Source of the DNA: Waddliaceae bacterium | GTDB lineage: Bacteria > Chlamydiota > Chlamydiia > Chlamydiales > SLFE01 | Reading direction: 5' to 3' | Assembly (NCBI GenBank): GCA_963783885.1 | Contig: CAWAPJ010000008.1 | Coordinates: forward strand, 96,001-160,000 | DNA: 64,000 bases | Part shown: positions 49,724 to 58,734 of the stretch, piece after piece | Layout: each line of letters starts with the position of its first letter | Numbering within the stretch: position 1 is the stretch's first letter | The notes under the pieces: generated by a model | The model's database searches: none | Seen by the model: only the letters and a program-made list of their open reading frames with translations | What the model was told of the DNA's origin: nothing | Translations under genes and position numbers: made by a program

Positions 49724-51085
49724 ATGAGCCGAGTCAATTTTTTTACACCTGTTCGTTACAAGGGACATAATTCTCTTAAACATTGCGTTTACAATAGCAT
49801 CGAAACCTATTTCTATCTTGGGGGAAAAAAGGCTTATGTCATCCCCAACAGCGGGAAGGATGGAGAGCGGCAGGTCGATATTATCAAAAAGAGAAATCAG
49901 CTATCCCCGATAAAAGCGGCTTCCTATTTAACCGGAATTATTCCTTTGATCATGATCATTGCGAAAATCCTGTTTAGGGCAACGCATAAATTTCAGGCTG
50001 TTTCATCAGAACAAACCCTTCAGAAAGGCGTTGTGATCAATGAAGATATAAAAAACAGCGTCGCGTCTATTATGGGGCATGTTTTGAAAAGGAATTCTCA
50101 ACAAGGGGTCACGTATTATAATTCACAAGCCAATCACCGCGTATTTTCATTAGACTCCGCTCCGGGTTTAGTTTTTAAATTGAAGGCAGATAAAAAGCTT
50201 TGTGTCGTGGGCAGGGATGATTCTATGCGGGCGCGGTATCAAAGTATGATATTTGCCGAAAGAGTGTGCCGTATCCATAATCTCGGACTTCTTACGATTC
50301 CGAGAGCAAAGCTATTTACAGTACCCTTTAAGAAAGAAAAGTTTGACGTCATTGCCGAGCAAAAGTTAAATATTTCTTCAGAAAAGAGCATTCAAGATCA
50401 AAAGCTCATTCAACAGCTGATAGTTTTTATCGCAAAGACAGGTTTTAGCGATGTCGAATGGCGCAATATTCCTTTGACGAATGATGGGAAAATTGCTTTG
50501 ATTGATATTGAAGAAATGAAGAGACCTGAACAGGGGATCTTCGGGCAAAAAAAGCCTGCAAGGCGAGGTCTTGTCCGATGTGTTGATCGCGAGCATATCG
50601 ACTTTGTTATCAAACAAGCAAGAAAACATGGGATTTATCATAAGGAAAATGCGGCGGCAGCAAAAATCGCAAGACTTAGGGAATTGGATGACGACAAAGT
50701 GTTAAAAGAATTTTATCGAGAGAAAAATATTATAAGTGGGAATGAACTGCTGAAGGTTGATCTTAACTGTCTTGGACTTGACTTGCAACAAACGCAAAGA
50801 TTCTTTGTCAAAAACAAATCAATCCATGTGACTTTAGCAGTAGCAACGAAATTCGTTGTGGATGCGATTAATAAAGCGATTCAGAGCATGTCAGACAAGC
50901 CGGTAGCGCTAAAACAAAAGCGGCGAATGCTGCTTGATATTAATAAGGATGTTTTTGGGCAGTTTGACAACTTTATGCTTGGAAATAAATCTTGGCTTTT
51001 CTGCATTGTTGATGCCCTTGTTGCCCATGGCTACCTCTACAAAATAGAATGTCATGATGATAGAGGCTATATAGTACAGGCTTAA
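49724..51085 (+). CDS. Chlamydial DUF648-like protein with kinase-like central region
   Basis: N-terminal FFTPV..., YFYLGGKKAYVI and KAASYLTGIIPLIMII; central VFKL, SDVEWRNIP and IALID. Confidence 0.6.
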   Translation: MSRVNFFTPVRYKGHNSLKHCVYNSIETYFYLGGKKAYVIPNSGKDGERQVDIIKKRNQLSPIKAASYLTGIIPLIMIIAKILFRATHKFQAVSSEQTLQKGVVINEDIKNSVASIMGHVLKRNSQQGVTYYNSQANHRVFSLDSAPGLVFKLKADKKLCVVGRDDSMRARYQSMIFAERVCRIHNLGLLTIPRAKLFTVPFKKEKFDVIAEQKLNISSEKSIQDQKLIQQLIVFIAKTGFSDVEWRNIPLTNDGKIALIDIEEMKRPEQGIFGQKKPARRGLVRCVDREHIDFVIKQARKHGIYHKENAAAAKIARLRELDDDKVLKEFYREKNIISGNELLKVDLNCLGLDLQQTQRFFVKNKSIHVTLAVATKFVVDAINKAIQSMSDKPVALKQKRRMLLDINKDVFGQFDNFMLGNKSWLFCIVDALVAHGYLYKIECHDDRGYIVQA

Positions 51086-53269
51086 TCACTCTCTAGCTTT
51101 CACGGGTTTATAGGCGGCAGAGTATTTGTTTTGGCAGCTGGGCTCTTCCTTCACATAAATATCTCGCTTGGGATAGGGGATCTGGAAGCCGCATTCGGTA
51201 ATGGCCGATTCGAGTTCCCAGTAGAAGGATCCTTTGACCGAGCCGTGGTTGCCCGAGCGGAAGACGTTTGTCCAGACGACAAGCTCGAACATCAGGCCGT
51301 TTTCCCCGAAATCGACAAGCCAGCATTGGGGGTCGTTCACACCTTGCGCTTTTCCGACTGTGGCGGGTACATTGAGGGCGGCTTTGATGGCGGCCTCTTC
51401 AATCTTTTCTTTGTCTGTGCCGAAAGCAACACAAAAGGGGATGTGGAATCGTTTGTAAGGGTCCCGCCTGGTCCAGTTGGTGTAACGTTCGGAAACAAGC
51501 GTTGAATTGGGGATGACGATGTCTGTTCCGTCCCAGGTACGGATGATGGTGTTTTGCACGTGAATCGCCGAGACAGAGCCCCAATGTCCATCGTTCATCT
51601 CAATATAATCGCCCACTTTGATGTTGCGGGTAAAGAGAATGATCAGACCGCAGACAAAGTTATTGACGATGCTCTGCAGACCGAACCCGATACCGACGCT
51701 GAGCGCGCCGACGACGATAAATATCCTGTCGAAGTCCAGGCCAATGCTGGTCATGGCGATGACAAGGCCGATGGTGAGGATGACATAATGGATCAGCCGG
51801 TTGATCGAATAGATAAAGCCGTGGGAGACATTCGTTTTTTTCCTGAAGGCATTTGAGAGAAGTTGACGCACAAAATAGGAAACAAAATAGGTGAAGATCA
51901 GGACGAGGAGGGCTTTGACAATGTTTTTGACTGTAATGGGCTGCTCGCCGATTTTAAACAGGGTTTGGTTGTACCAGGCGATGATGCCTGTGCAGCAGTT
52001 TTCGATTGAATCGAGCGTTCCCGACCACCACCGGCTGAGAGGCGATTTTTGGCTTTGAATGATTTGACCGAATTGTTCGAGCACGACGCCGGTCGTGAAG
52101 ATTTTTCCTCCCACTTGCTGAAGGAGGAGGCGGTTTTCCTGAATGAGTTTGATTCTTTCAGCCTGGAGGTTTTCGATTTCGTTGTCTGGCGAGGGCTCCT
52201 CTTCGGCAACGGACTTAAAGCGATTCAGTTCTTCTTCGTTTTTCTTTTCCCATTCGCTTTTCTGATCTTTGATATTGGCAAGTTTGCTAGACCAGCTTTC
52301 ATAGTCCTTCTCAAGCTGCTCGATATCCTCCGGGGGGCTTCCTATGCCTAATTTGATCTGCTGCATCAGGACTGCCAGTTCCGCGGCAAGCTCTTTGACT
52401 GATGTTTTATGCTCTTTTAGTTGCTGTAGCGAGCCTTTCAGCTTCCCCGAGAGGGAATTATCGGTAACCGGCAGAGCTTTCAGTTCATGCTGGAGCGATT
52501 CATGGCGGGTTTTTTCCAGCTCTTGTTTTGCCGAAGACAACTCGCTTTCGATTTCAGCGATATTGATGTCACCATAGTCAATGTGTTTTCTGGCGTAGTT
52601 AAGCTCTTCCTCGGAATTATCGAGTTGATCACCTGTGATGTCGATTTTTTCCCGTGTTACCCTCAGTTTTTCTTTATTGATAGCAACAGTGAATCGGGTG
52701 TTGAGGATTTCAAGGCCTTGAATCAATTTCTGAAAGTTGTTCTCTTTCATTTCCTGATAGGAAACGATGAGTTTATCCAGATGGTTTGAGAGCTTCGACA
52801 GGCGGTTGCTTAAAAACTTGGCTTCTTTTTTTTCGCTATCTAAAAGCGACCGCTCATAAGAGACCTGTTTGGCGACATCGATCTGCTGCTGGAGGCTGTA
52901 GCTGTCCAAAAACGGCTTAGGGGCGGGCTTTTCCCCCTTTTCTTGTCTGACTTCGGCATACGCTTCCATATTGCCGGACAGCCTTTTAATCAGAACGGCC
53001 GCTTGGTCCTTTTGCTCGCTTTCCAGTCCTTCAAGAATCTTTTCGAGCTCTTCCTTGATAGCTTCAGCGTGTTTTTTATAATTTTTGCCTTCGACAATAA
53101 AATAATCCCACCAGTTGGTTTTGAGATTCATGGGATTGGGAAGTTCGACTTGAACAGCTGTCCCTTTCTTGTCTTGGGCACTCAATAATGGCGAACAAAA
53201 AACACTGCTTAATAAAACTAATGAAATTAACAATCTTTTGATAAACATTGGCAAATCACCTATATTCAC
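51086..53269 (-). CDS. MscS-family mechanosensitive channel with large periplasmic coiled coil
   Basis: GALSVGIGFGLQSIVNNFVCGLII, IKVGDYI and IVIPNS. Confidence 0.9.
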   Translation of the reverse strand: MNIGDLPMFIKRLLISLVLLSSVFCSPLLSAQDKKGTAVQVELPNPMNLKTNWWDYFIVEGKNYKKHAEAIKEELEKILEGLESEQKDQAAVLIKRLSGNMEAYAEVRQEKGEKPAPKPFLDSYSLQQQIDVAKQVSYERSLLDSEKKEAKFLSNRLSKLSNHLDKLIVSYQEMKENNFQKLIQGLEILNTRFTVAINKEKLRVTREKIDITGDQLDNSEEELNYARKHIDYGDINIAEIESELSSAKQELEKTRHESLQHELKALPVTDNSLSGKLKGSLQQLKEHKTSVKELAAELAVLMQQIKLGIGSPPEDIEQLEKDYESWSSKLANIKDQKSEWEKKNEEELNRFKSVAEEEPSPDNEIENLQAERIKLIQENRLLLQQVGGKIFTTGVVLEQFGQIIQSQKSPLSRWWSGTLDSIENCCTGIIAWYNQTLFKIGEQPITVKNIVKALLVLIFTYFVSYFVRQLLSNAFRKKTNVSHGFIYSINRLIHYVILTIGLVIAMTSIGLDFDRIFIVVGALSVGIGFGLQSIVNNFVCGLIILFTRNIKVGDYIEMNDGHWGSVSAIHVQNTIIRTWDGTDIVIPNSTLVSERYTNWTRRDPYKRFHIPFCVAFGTDKEKIEEAAIKAALNVPATVGKAQGVNDPQCWLVDFGENGLMFELVVWTNVFRSGNHGSVKGSFYWELESAITECGFQIPYPKRDIYVKEEPSCQNKYSAAYKPVKARE

Positions 53270-53286
53270 ATTAAATAACTATTTTA

Positions 53287-55317
53287 CTAAAAAAATGTTT
53301 TATTTTCTAGAATTATCTTTGATTGATAGTCGGGACGATAGTTCCAGGTCCAGGAAGGGTGTAAAATCTTTTTTTGAAAAAGAGCGATCTTTCCGTTTTT
53401 TTCTTTGGCAATGACGCGGGTGCCTGAGGGAACTTCTATATGGAAGTTCCCCGGGAAGGTCAGATTTTCCGCGAAAAATTCACCGTTGCCATGGATGATG
53501 ATTTCGCACGATTCTTTCCGAGGATAATCGCCTTTCCACCATTCTGTAACTTGGTTTCTGTCGATTCCTTGATTTTTGACTGTGACATTGATCAGTTGGC
53601 ATTTTCCGCATTTGTCGGAATATTGGAGCACACCCTTGTCGTTTAAATGGCCTAGCGGGGAGACGGCAAGAATTCTGAGGCTGCCGTCCAGATGAAGATC
53701 CTGCATTTGCAGTTCGGCAATTTCCAGAACCATCTCGCTTCCATTGGTCAGTCTGCCCCCCTGGACTTTTTGACGGATGACGTCGTCGGGACCAAGGGCT
53801 GGATGAAAATCGATGATGACATTGGGTCCATAAGAGAGATATTCTTCCAAGGAGGCTTGGGAGGGAAGCCTCATAGAGAAAGCTTTTCGGTTTTTTTTCA
53901 ATAGGTCGTAAAACGCCTGGACGGGAGTTTGAGCGAGTTCTTTTCCCTTATCATAGGAGCGTTTTATGGTCGATGAAACTTCAGAACGCTCATGAAAAAT
54001 GGCAAAGCTTGGAGGGTCCTCCGGTGTTTGATAACGAATATTGTCGGCGACTCCTTGCATGATGGTTTCCAGCCTGCCTCCGTGGACTTTGCGGCCGTCG
54101 ATTGTCGGAAATTGGCTTTTCATATTGATCATGAGGCCGGGGAGGGGGTTTTGCCTGATCGCCTTTTTGACAGCGTCTATATCTAAAAACATGATATTCG
54201 TATTCGAGGGAAAGATCTTGCTTTCATTAAAGCTTGGAGCGGTATATTCGATATTGGTTAAACAAAATGTAGGGGGCGTTGTGGAAGCGTCTTTTTTGAC
54301 AACGAGCTTTCCTTCGGAAATGTTGCGGGGCCGTTTGCAGGTGAGAGTGCCGAAGGCCGCATCTGTCCAGAGTCCGGCTCCGATAAGTTCGGGAAGGTAG
54401 CGCCAAGCAAGGGGATTGTTGATCTGTCTGGTAATCACCTTTTTTCCAGCCATTTTGTCCAAAAGGCCGCTGTCTAAAGCCAGCTTCCATATCGCTCCGT
54501 GGCCGCCCGGTTTTAACTTTAAATCGCCCGGGGCGAAAAAAGCCCATCTCCCTTCTTCGGTAATCACCGGCACTGAAGGCTGCACAAGAAAGTGATAGGA
54601 ATCCTTAGGGCGATGATATTTGATCAGTTCCCGTATGCGGCGGTCGTTGTCTTTCTCATGAGAAGTCATCAGCACAGTAGGAATTATCACCTGCTTCCCA
54701 AAGAGCTTAAAGTGGAGGTACTCGAGCGCCTGCAGATCGCGGTAAATTCCGTCAAGGAGAGGCCTGCCGTTGAATTTGAAGTTGGCTGCGGGGAGGCCTT
54801 CTCCGGTTTTCGGATCGATGTGGCCCAGCCTGTCTGCGGCACCTCCTACCGGAGAGGCAACGATAAGCCGGCCGATATTTTTTATGCCATGAAGAATCAT
54901 TTCGTCTTTTCTTTTTCCAAAATCGAAATCAACAGGCTGTTCTAATGAGATATGGGGACTGCTTTTAGATTTTTTTCCCGATATAAAATCGAGGGCGGCC
55001 AGATGATAGCCGACTACACCTCCGATCGTGTTGTAAAAAAGCTCGGTTAGGAGGAGATTGTCGGCCAAAAGCTTGAGATTTAAGTTTTTTTGGTTAAAGA
55101 CCGCATCTTGTTCCCCAAGGGCAATGAGGGCTGCGAGGGCGACACGTTTATCAAGGGGGAACGTTTCGATCAAGCAAGAGACATTCGGGTGGGAGTCGAG
55201 ATACCGGCTCACGTCGGGCTCGCGGATAATCCGTTCATACTTTTCCGCAGGGGTTCTAAGCGCTTGCAATTTTGCAACCAGTTGAGTGAGGCAGCCGATC
55301 TTATCTGTTGTATTCAT
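53287..55317 (-). CDS. UTP--glucose-1-phosphate uridylyltransferase (UDPGP family, plant UGP3-like)
   Basis: GGAADRLG, LMTSHEKDND, KPGGHG, RQINNP, GGRLE and HPALGP. Confidence 0.75.
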   Translation of the reverse strand: MNTTDKIGCLTQLVAKLQALRTPAEKYERIIREPDVSRYLDSHPNVSCLIETFPLDKRVALAALIALGEQDAVFNQKNLNLKLLADNLLLTELFYNTIGGVVGYHLAALDFISGKKSKSSPHISLEQPVDFDFGKRKDEMILHGIKNIGRLIVASPVGGAADRLGHIDPKTGEGLPAANFKFNGRPLLDGIYRDLQALEYLHFKLFGKQVIIPTVLMTSHEKDNDRRIRELIKYHRPKDSYHFLVQPSVPVITEEGRWAFFAPGDLKLKPGGHGAIWKLALDSGLLDKMAGKKVITRQINNPLAWRYLPELIGAGLWTDAAFGTLTCKRPRNISEGKLVVKKDASTTPPTFCLTNIEYTAPSFNESKIFPSNTNIMFLDIDAVKKAIRQNPLPGLMINMKSQFPTIDGRKVHGGRLETIMQGVADNIRYQTPEDPPSFAIFHERSEVSSTIKRSYDKGKELAQTPVQAFYDLLKKNRKAFSMRLPSQASLEEYLSYGPNVIIDFHPALGPDDVIRQKVQGGRLTNGSEMVLEIAELQMQDLHLDGSLRILAVSPLGHLNDKGVLQYSDKCGKCQLINVTVKNQGIDRNQVTEWWKGDYPRKESCEIIIHGNGEFFAENLTFPGNFHIEVPSGTRVIAKEKNGKIALFQKKILHPSWTWNYRPDYQSKIILENKTFF

Positions 55318-55386
55318 TGTTCTTATTGTTAAAATAGCGAATTTTAAGAGCCTCTTCAAATAGATTCAAGGAATTTCTAAAAAATT

Positions 55387-56361
55387 ATGAATCAGGAAAC
55401 ACAAGAAATCCGGACTCTCGATTTTAAGCCTTTTCCTTTGTTTAAATCCGGATATTATCAAACAATTTTAGGGAGTTTTGGTTTTCCGGTGATGAGTCCT
55501 CCTTCTGTTCAGGAGCTCATTCGACTTGAGGATGGAAATCAGCTCTGCTGCCGCATGTTTGCACCGAAGGAATGGGAGGAAAATGGCCGTATAGTCGTTT
55601 TACTTCACGGCATGGGAGGGTCGAGCAGCTCGCATTATATTCGGCGGATGGCGGCTAAGCTTTTCCGTTTGGGCTATCTTGTCTATTGCATCAATAGGCG
55701 CGGCTGCGGTTGCGGAGAGGGGTTGTCCAGGTTTCTTTCCCATGCAGGATATACCCGGGATATTCTCATTGTTCTTGAAGAGTTGAAGAGGCGTTTTCCC
55801 AAAGCGTCAATACAAATGACAGCCTTTTCAATAGGGGGGAACATCTTGTTAAAGCTCCTCGGAGAGCTTGGAACCGAAGGGCAAAAATATCTCTCTCATG
55901 CGATCGCTGTTTGTCCTCTTGTCGACATTGCCGATACTGTAAAAACCATTGATCGTTTTATGGAAAAATATTATTTAAAGACGCTTGTCAGTCTGGTCAA
56001 AAGTTGCGAGGAGGCATTTCCGGATGAGGAAAAGGCGGCATTTCCAAAAAACATGACACTCGATGATTACAATCGTCTATACATTGTTCCCAAATGGGGG
56101 TATTCAAGCGTCGAGGAATATTATAAAAAGAACAGCTGCACTCATTTTGTCCCTCATATTGACGTTTCCTGCGATATTCTCTTTTCACAGGATGACCCGA
56201 TCATTCGATCCCATACAATCGAATCGCTCAAGGCGCCTCTGTCAATGCGACGATGGAGAACAAGTTTTGGAGGGCACATGGGATTTTTAGGGTATGTGCC
56301 CGGAAATTTAAACATTCGATGGATGGACCATCAAATCCTTGAGTGGATAATAAACCGATAA
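55387..56361 (+). CDS. YheT-family alpha/beta hydrolase
   Basis: HGMGGSS.S.Y, FSIGGN, DDP and GGHMGF. Confidence 0.85.
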   Translation: MNQETQEIRTLDFKPFPLFKSGYYQTILGSFGFPVMSPPSVQELIRLEDGNQLCCRMFAPKEWEENGRIVVLLHGMGGSSSSHYIRRMAAKLFRLGYLVYCINRRGCGCGEGLSRFLSHAGYTRDILIVLEELKRRFPKASIQMTAFSIGGNILLKLLGELGTEGQKYLSHAIAVCPLVDIADTVKTIDRFMEKYYLKTLVSLVKSCEEAFPDEEKAAFPKNMTLDDYNRLYIVPKWGYSSVEEYYKKNSCTHFVPHIDVSCDILFSQDDPIIRSHTIESLKAPLSMRRWRTSFGGHMGFLGYVPGNLNIRWMDHQILEWIINR

Positions 56362-56381
56362 AAGTGTTTGATATATCAACG

Positions 56382-56407
56382 ATATTGGGATCTTGCGATC
56401 CCAATAT
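56382..56407. terminator. Hairpin between convergent genes
   Basis: ATATTGGGATC-TTGC-GATCCCAATAT (GCAA tetraloop on the minus strand); weak U-tract. Confidence 0.55.
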
Positions 56408-56416
56408 AAAAGACTA

Positions 56417-56680
56417 TCAGGCGTTTCTTCTTCGACCTTTATTTTCGTTGGCTTCCTGTACAGAAATTGCCCGGCCATCTATTTCCTTGCCATCAAGTTC
56501 TGAAATTGCTTTTTGCCCATCTTCCTGATTGGCAAATTGAACAAATCCAAAACCTCGAGATCTCCCGGTATCCCGGTCTAAAATGACACGGGCGCTTTCA
56601 ACGGCTCCAATAGACTCGAATTCTTCTCGCAACTTTTCCTCGGTTACCGAGTAGGCAAGATTTCTCACAAATAAATTCAT
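56417..56680 (-). CDS. RRM-domain RNA-binding protein
   Basis: RNP2 LFVRNL and RNP1 RGFGFV. Confidence 0.93.
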   Translation of the reverse strand: MNLFVRNLAYSVTEEKLREEFESIGAVESARVILDRDTGRSRGFGFVQFANQEDGQKAISELDGKEIDGRAISVQEANENKGRRRNA

Positions 56681-56894
56681 AACTTAGCTCCTTAACAACG
56701 TTACAATCACATTCAAATCTCTTCTTCTTTCAAAGGAGAGGGTGATGAAGTGATGTTAGAATAATAACATTTATAGGCAATTATAATCTACATAATTCAT
56801 ATAAATAGCGATTTTTTGTTAGATTGGGTTGTGTGCCCTCAAAAATTGACAATTGTCTAGGGTGCAATTATAGTGTCTTTTTAAGAGGGGGATT

Positions 56895-57452
56895 ATGCAA
56901 AAGACTGAACATTATAATGTCTTTGTGGACGGAATTTTCGATCTGTTTCATGCAGGACATGAAAATATATTTAGACAGGCGGTTCAAAAGGGAGAAGAAA
57001 GGGCAGGCGGACGGCAGGTTCGACTGTTTGTGGGAGTATGCGGCGATGGGGTTTCCGAGTATAAGCGAAATCCCATTATGGACCTCGATGAAAGATGCGC
57101 TGCCGTGAGAGCAAACAGGCTTGTTCATAGGGTGATTCCCAACAGTCCTATAAGGCTCAATGCTTGTTTTCTTCGAGAACATAAAATCCAATTGGTCGTT
57201 CACGGAGACGACTTTGATAAAAAGAAAGCCGACTATTACTACGGCGCTGCGGCCAAAGAGGGCAACTTCGCTCTGGTTCCTTACACAAAAGGCATTTCGA
57301 CAACGGAATTGATCTTTCAAGCTAAAGAAAATGGCGAATTTCCCTGTTCGGTAAAGCCTACTCTGTTAAATGAGTGTGTCCTTATTGAAAGAATTAAAAA
57401 GAGAAGTTGGGAGGATCTGGGTATAAGGGTCCTTGAGAAAAGTCCTTTATGA
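56895..57452 (+). CDS. Cytidylyltransferase (choline/ethanolamine-phosphate CT-like)
   Basis: DGIFDLFHAGH, ER, VVHGDD and YTKGISTT. Confidence 0.8.
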   Translation: MQKTEHYNVFVDGIFDLFHAGHENIFRQAVQKGEERAGGRQVRLFVGVCGDGVSEYKRNPIMDLDERCAAVRANRLVHRVIPNSPIRLNACFLREHKIQLVVHGDDFDKKKADYYYGAAAKEGNFALVPYTKGISTTELIFQAKENGEFPCSVKPTLLNECVLIERIKKRSWEDLGIRVLEKSPL

Positions 57453-57523
57453 TCGGCCCTCCTTACTTTAAGACCCTATTGAAATTCAGCCCGAAAATGT
57501 AAGGAAGGCCTTATCATCAGCAT

Positions 57524-58600
57524 TTAGAAACCGACTCCTGCGCGGACAGTCAACCCTTGGTAGGTAATGTTTCCGTGAGGACCGAACTGAAAGCCGTCGG
57601 CCTCGCCGCCGCTATTGATAAAAAGGAAGCGGTTCAAGCTCCACCATACCTGGTTTTCCCAGCCTGCAAAGACAAAACCTTCATAGCAGTTGCATATTGT
57701 CGTGTCGTAGCGAAGCCCGAGAAGCAGCTCGGTGACGGGAACCAAAGCGCAGTTTTTCATATGATAGCCCATATTTTTGATATCTTTAGATTTCGCATCA
57801 TTGATATCTGGATTGTATTTGTCTTTGCGATGGACGTCGATATCCGACCAAAGGGTAGCCACTGCAATTCCGCCGACTAGTCTTAAGCAAGGCGAGAATC
57901 TCCAGGCAGCGTCGAATCCGCCGCGAAGGCCGATGCCGTTGAAATCGGTTTTGTTCTCGATATCGACCATTTCGGTGATCGTTGTCGTTGGTCTTCTTTC
58001 GTAGTGGATATTATATTTGATCTCCTGCCAGGCGGCCTTGAAGCCTAAGTGCGGGCGGAAATCAAAGCAGCAGTTGATAGAAAAGGTTCTTCCCAAGCCA
58101 AAATCCAGGACGTTGAGAGTCGAATCCCATTTCGCATTGGTATTTGCTAAAGGGAGTGAAGGATCGGGTGTAAAGGGCCGGTTATATATTAACGGCTGGA
58201 GTTGGACGGATGCGTTGTCGCTGAGTTCTTCTTTTTGAAGGCATTGCCCCAGCCAGGTGTATTGGGCGTAGAAGTCCCAGTTGCAGCAGTCGAGGTTGAC
58301 AAAGACGCCGACTCTGAAACCCGGCTCCAGTTCGCATTCGGGCGACACTATAGTTCCGTCGTTTTCGATGGCTGTTTCATAGGTTAAGCCCATACCCCCT
58401 TTTCGGGCAAATTCCAGCCCTTCGGGGTGCACTTGCCAGAGGATAAAATCGGCAAAGACAAGGAAGTCGGGCATATCGCAGGCGCAGGGATCCCAATAGG
58501 TCTCCTCGCAGTAGGGGTCGTAGTCTGCCGAAAGAGTTCCGGTCATTATGATAGATGCCGCTAAAATTGCAGCGGTTTTTTTAATTTTTTGAAGAAACAT
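57524..58600 (-). CDS. Cysteine-rich MOMP-like (Lpg1974-type) outer-membrane beta-barrel
   Basis: Signal peptide, ADFILWQ, PGFRVG, FRPHLGFK, GWENQVW and terminal GLTVRAGVGF. Confidence 0.8.
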   Translation of the reverse strand: MFLQKIKKTAAILAASIIMTGTLSADYDPYCEETYWDPCACDMPDFLVFADFILWQVHPEGLEFARKGGMGLTYETAIENDGTIVSPECELEPGFRVGVFVNLDCCNWDFYAQYTWLGQCLQKEELSDNASVQLQPLIYNRPFTPDPSLPLANTNAKWDSTLNVLDFGLGRTFSINCCFDFRPHLGFKAAWQEIKYNIHYERRPTTTITEMVDIENKTDFNGIGLRGGFDAAWRFSPCLRLVGGIAVATLWSDIDVHRKDKYNPDINDAKSKDIKNMGYHMKNCALVPVTELLLGLRYDTTICNCYEGFVFAGWENQVWWSLNRFLFINSGGEADGFQFGPHGNITYQGLTVRAGVGF

Positions 58601-58672
58601 TGATATCGCTCCTTTTATTTTTGACGAAAGATAACATACTAAAGGAGATGATAAATGGAATCAACCGGAAAT

Positions 58673-58707
58673 AAAAAAAAGGTCCTGACTCTTTCGAGTC
58701 AGGACCT
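58673..58707 (-). terminator. Rho-independent terminator between the two porin genes
   Basis: Minus strand: AGGTCCTGACTC-GAAA-GAGTCAGGACCT followed by a T-run. Confidence 0.9.
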
Positions 58708-58734
58708 GATGTCAGCACTTAATCCAAGTTGAAA

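Noticed and set aside
57468..57481. TTAAGACCCTATTG resembling the IS982 end
   Set aside because: Only a short gapped match; it lies in the loop of an imperfect inverted repeat (57455-57510) between convergent genes and is probably chance.
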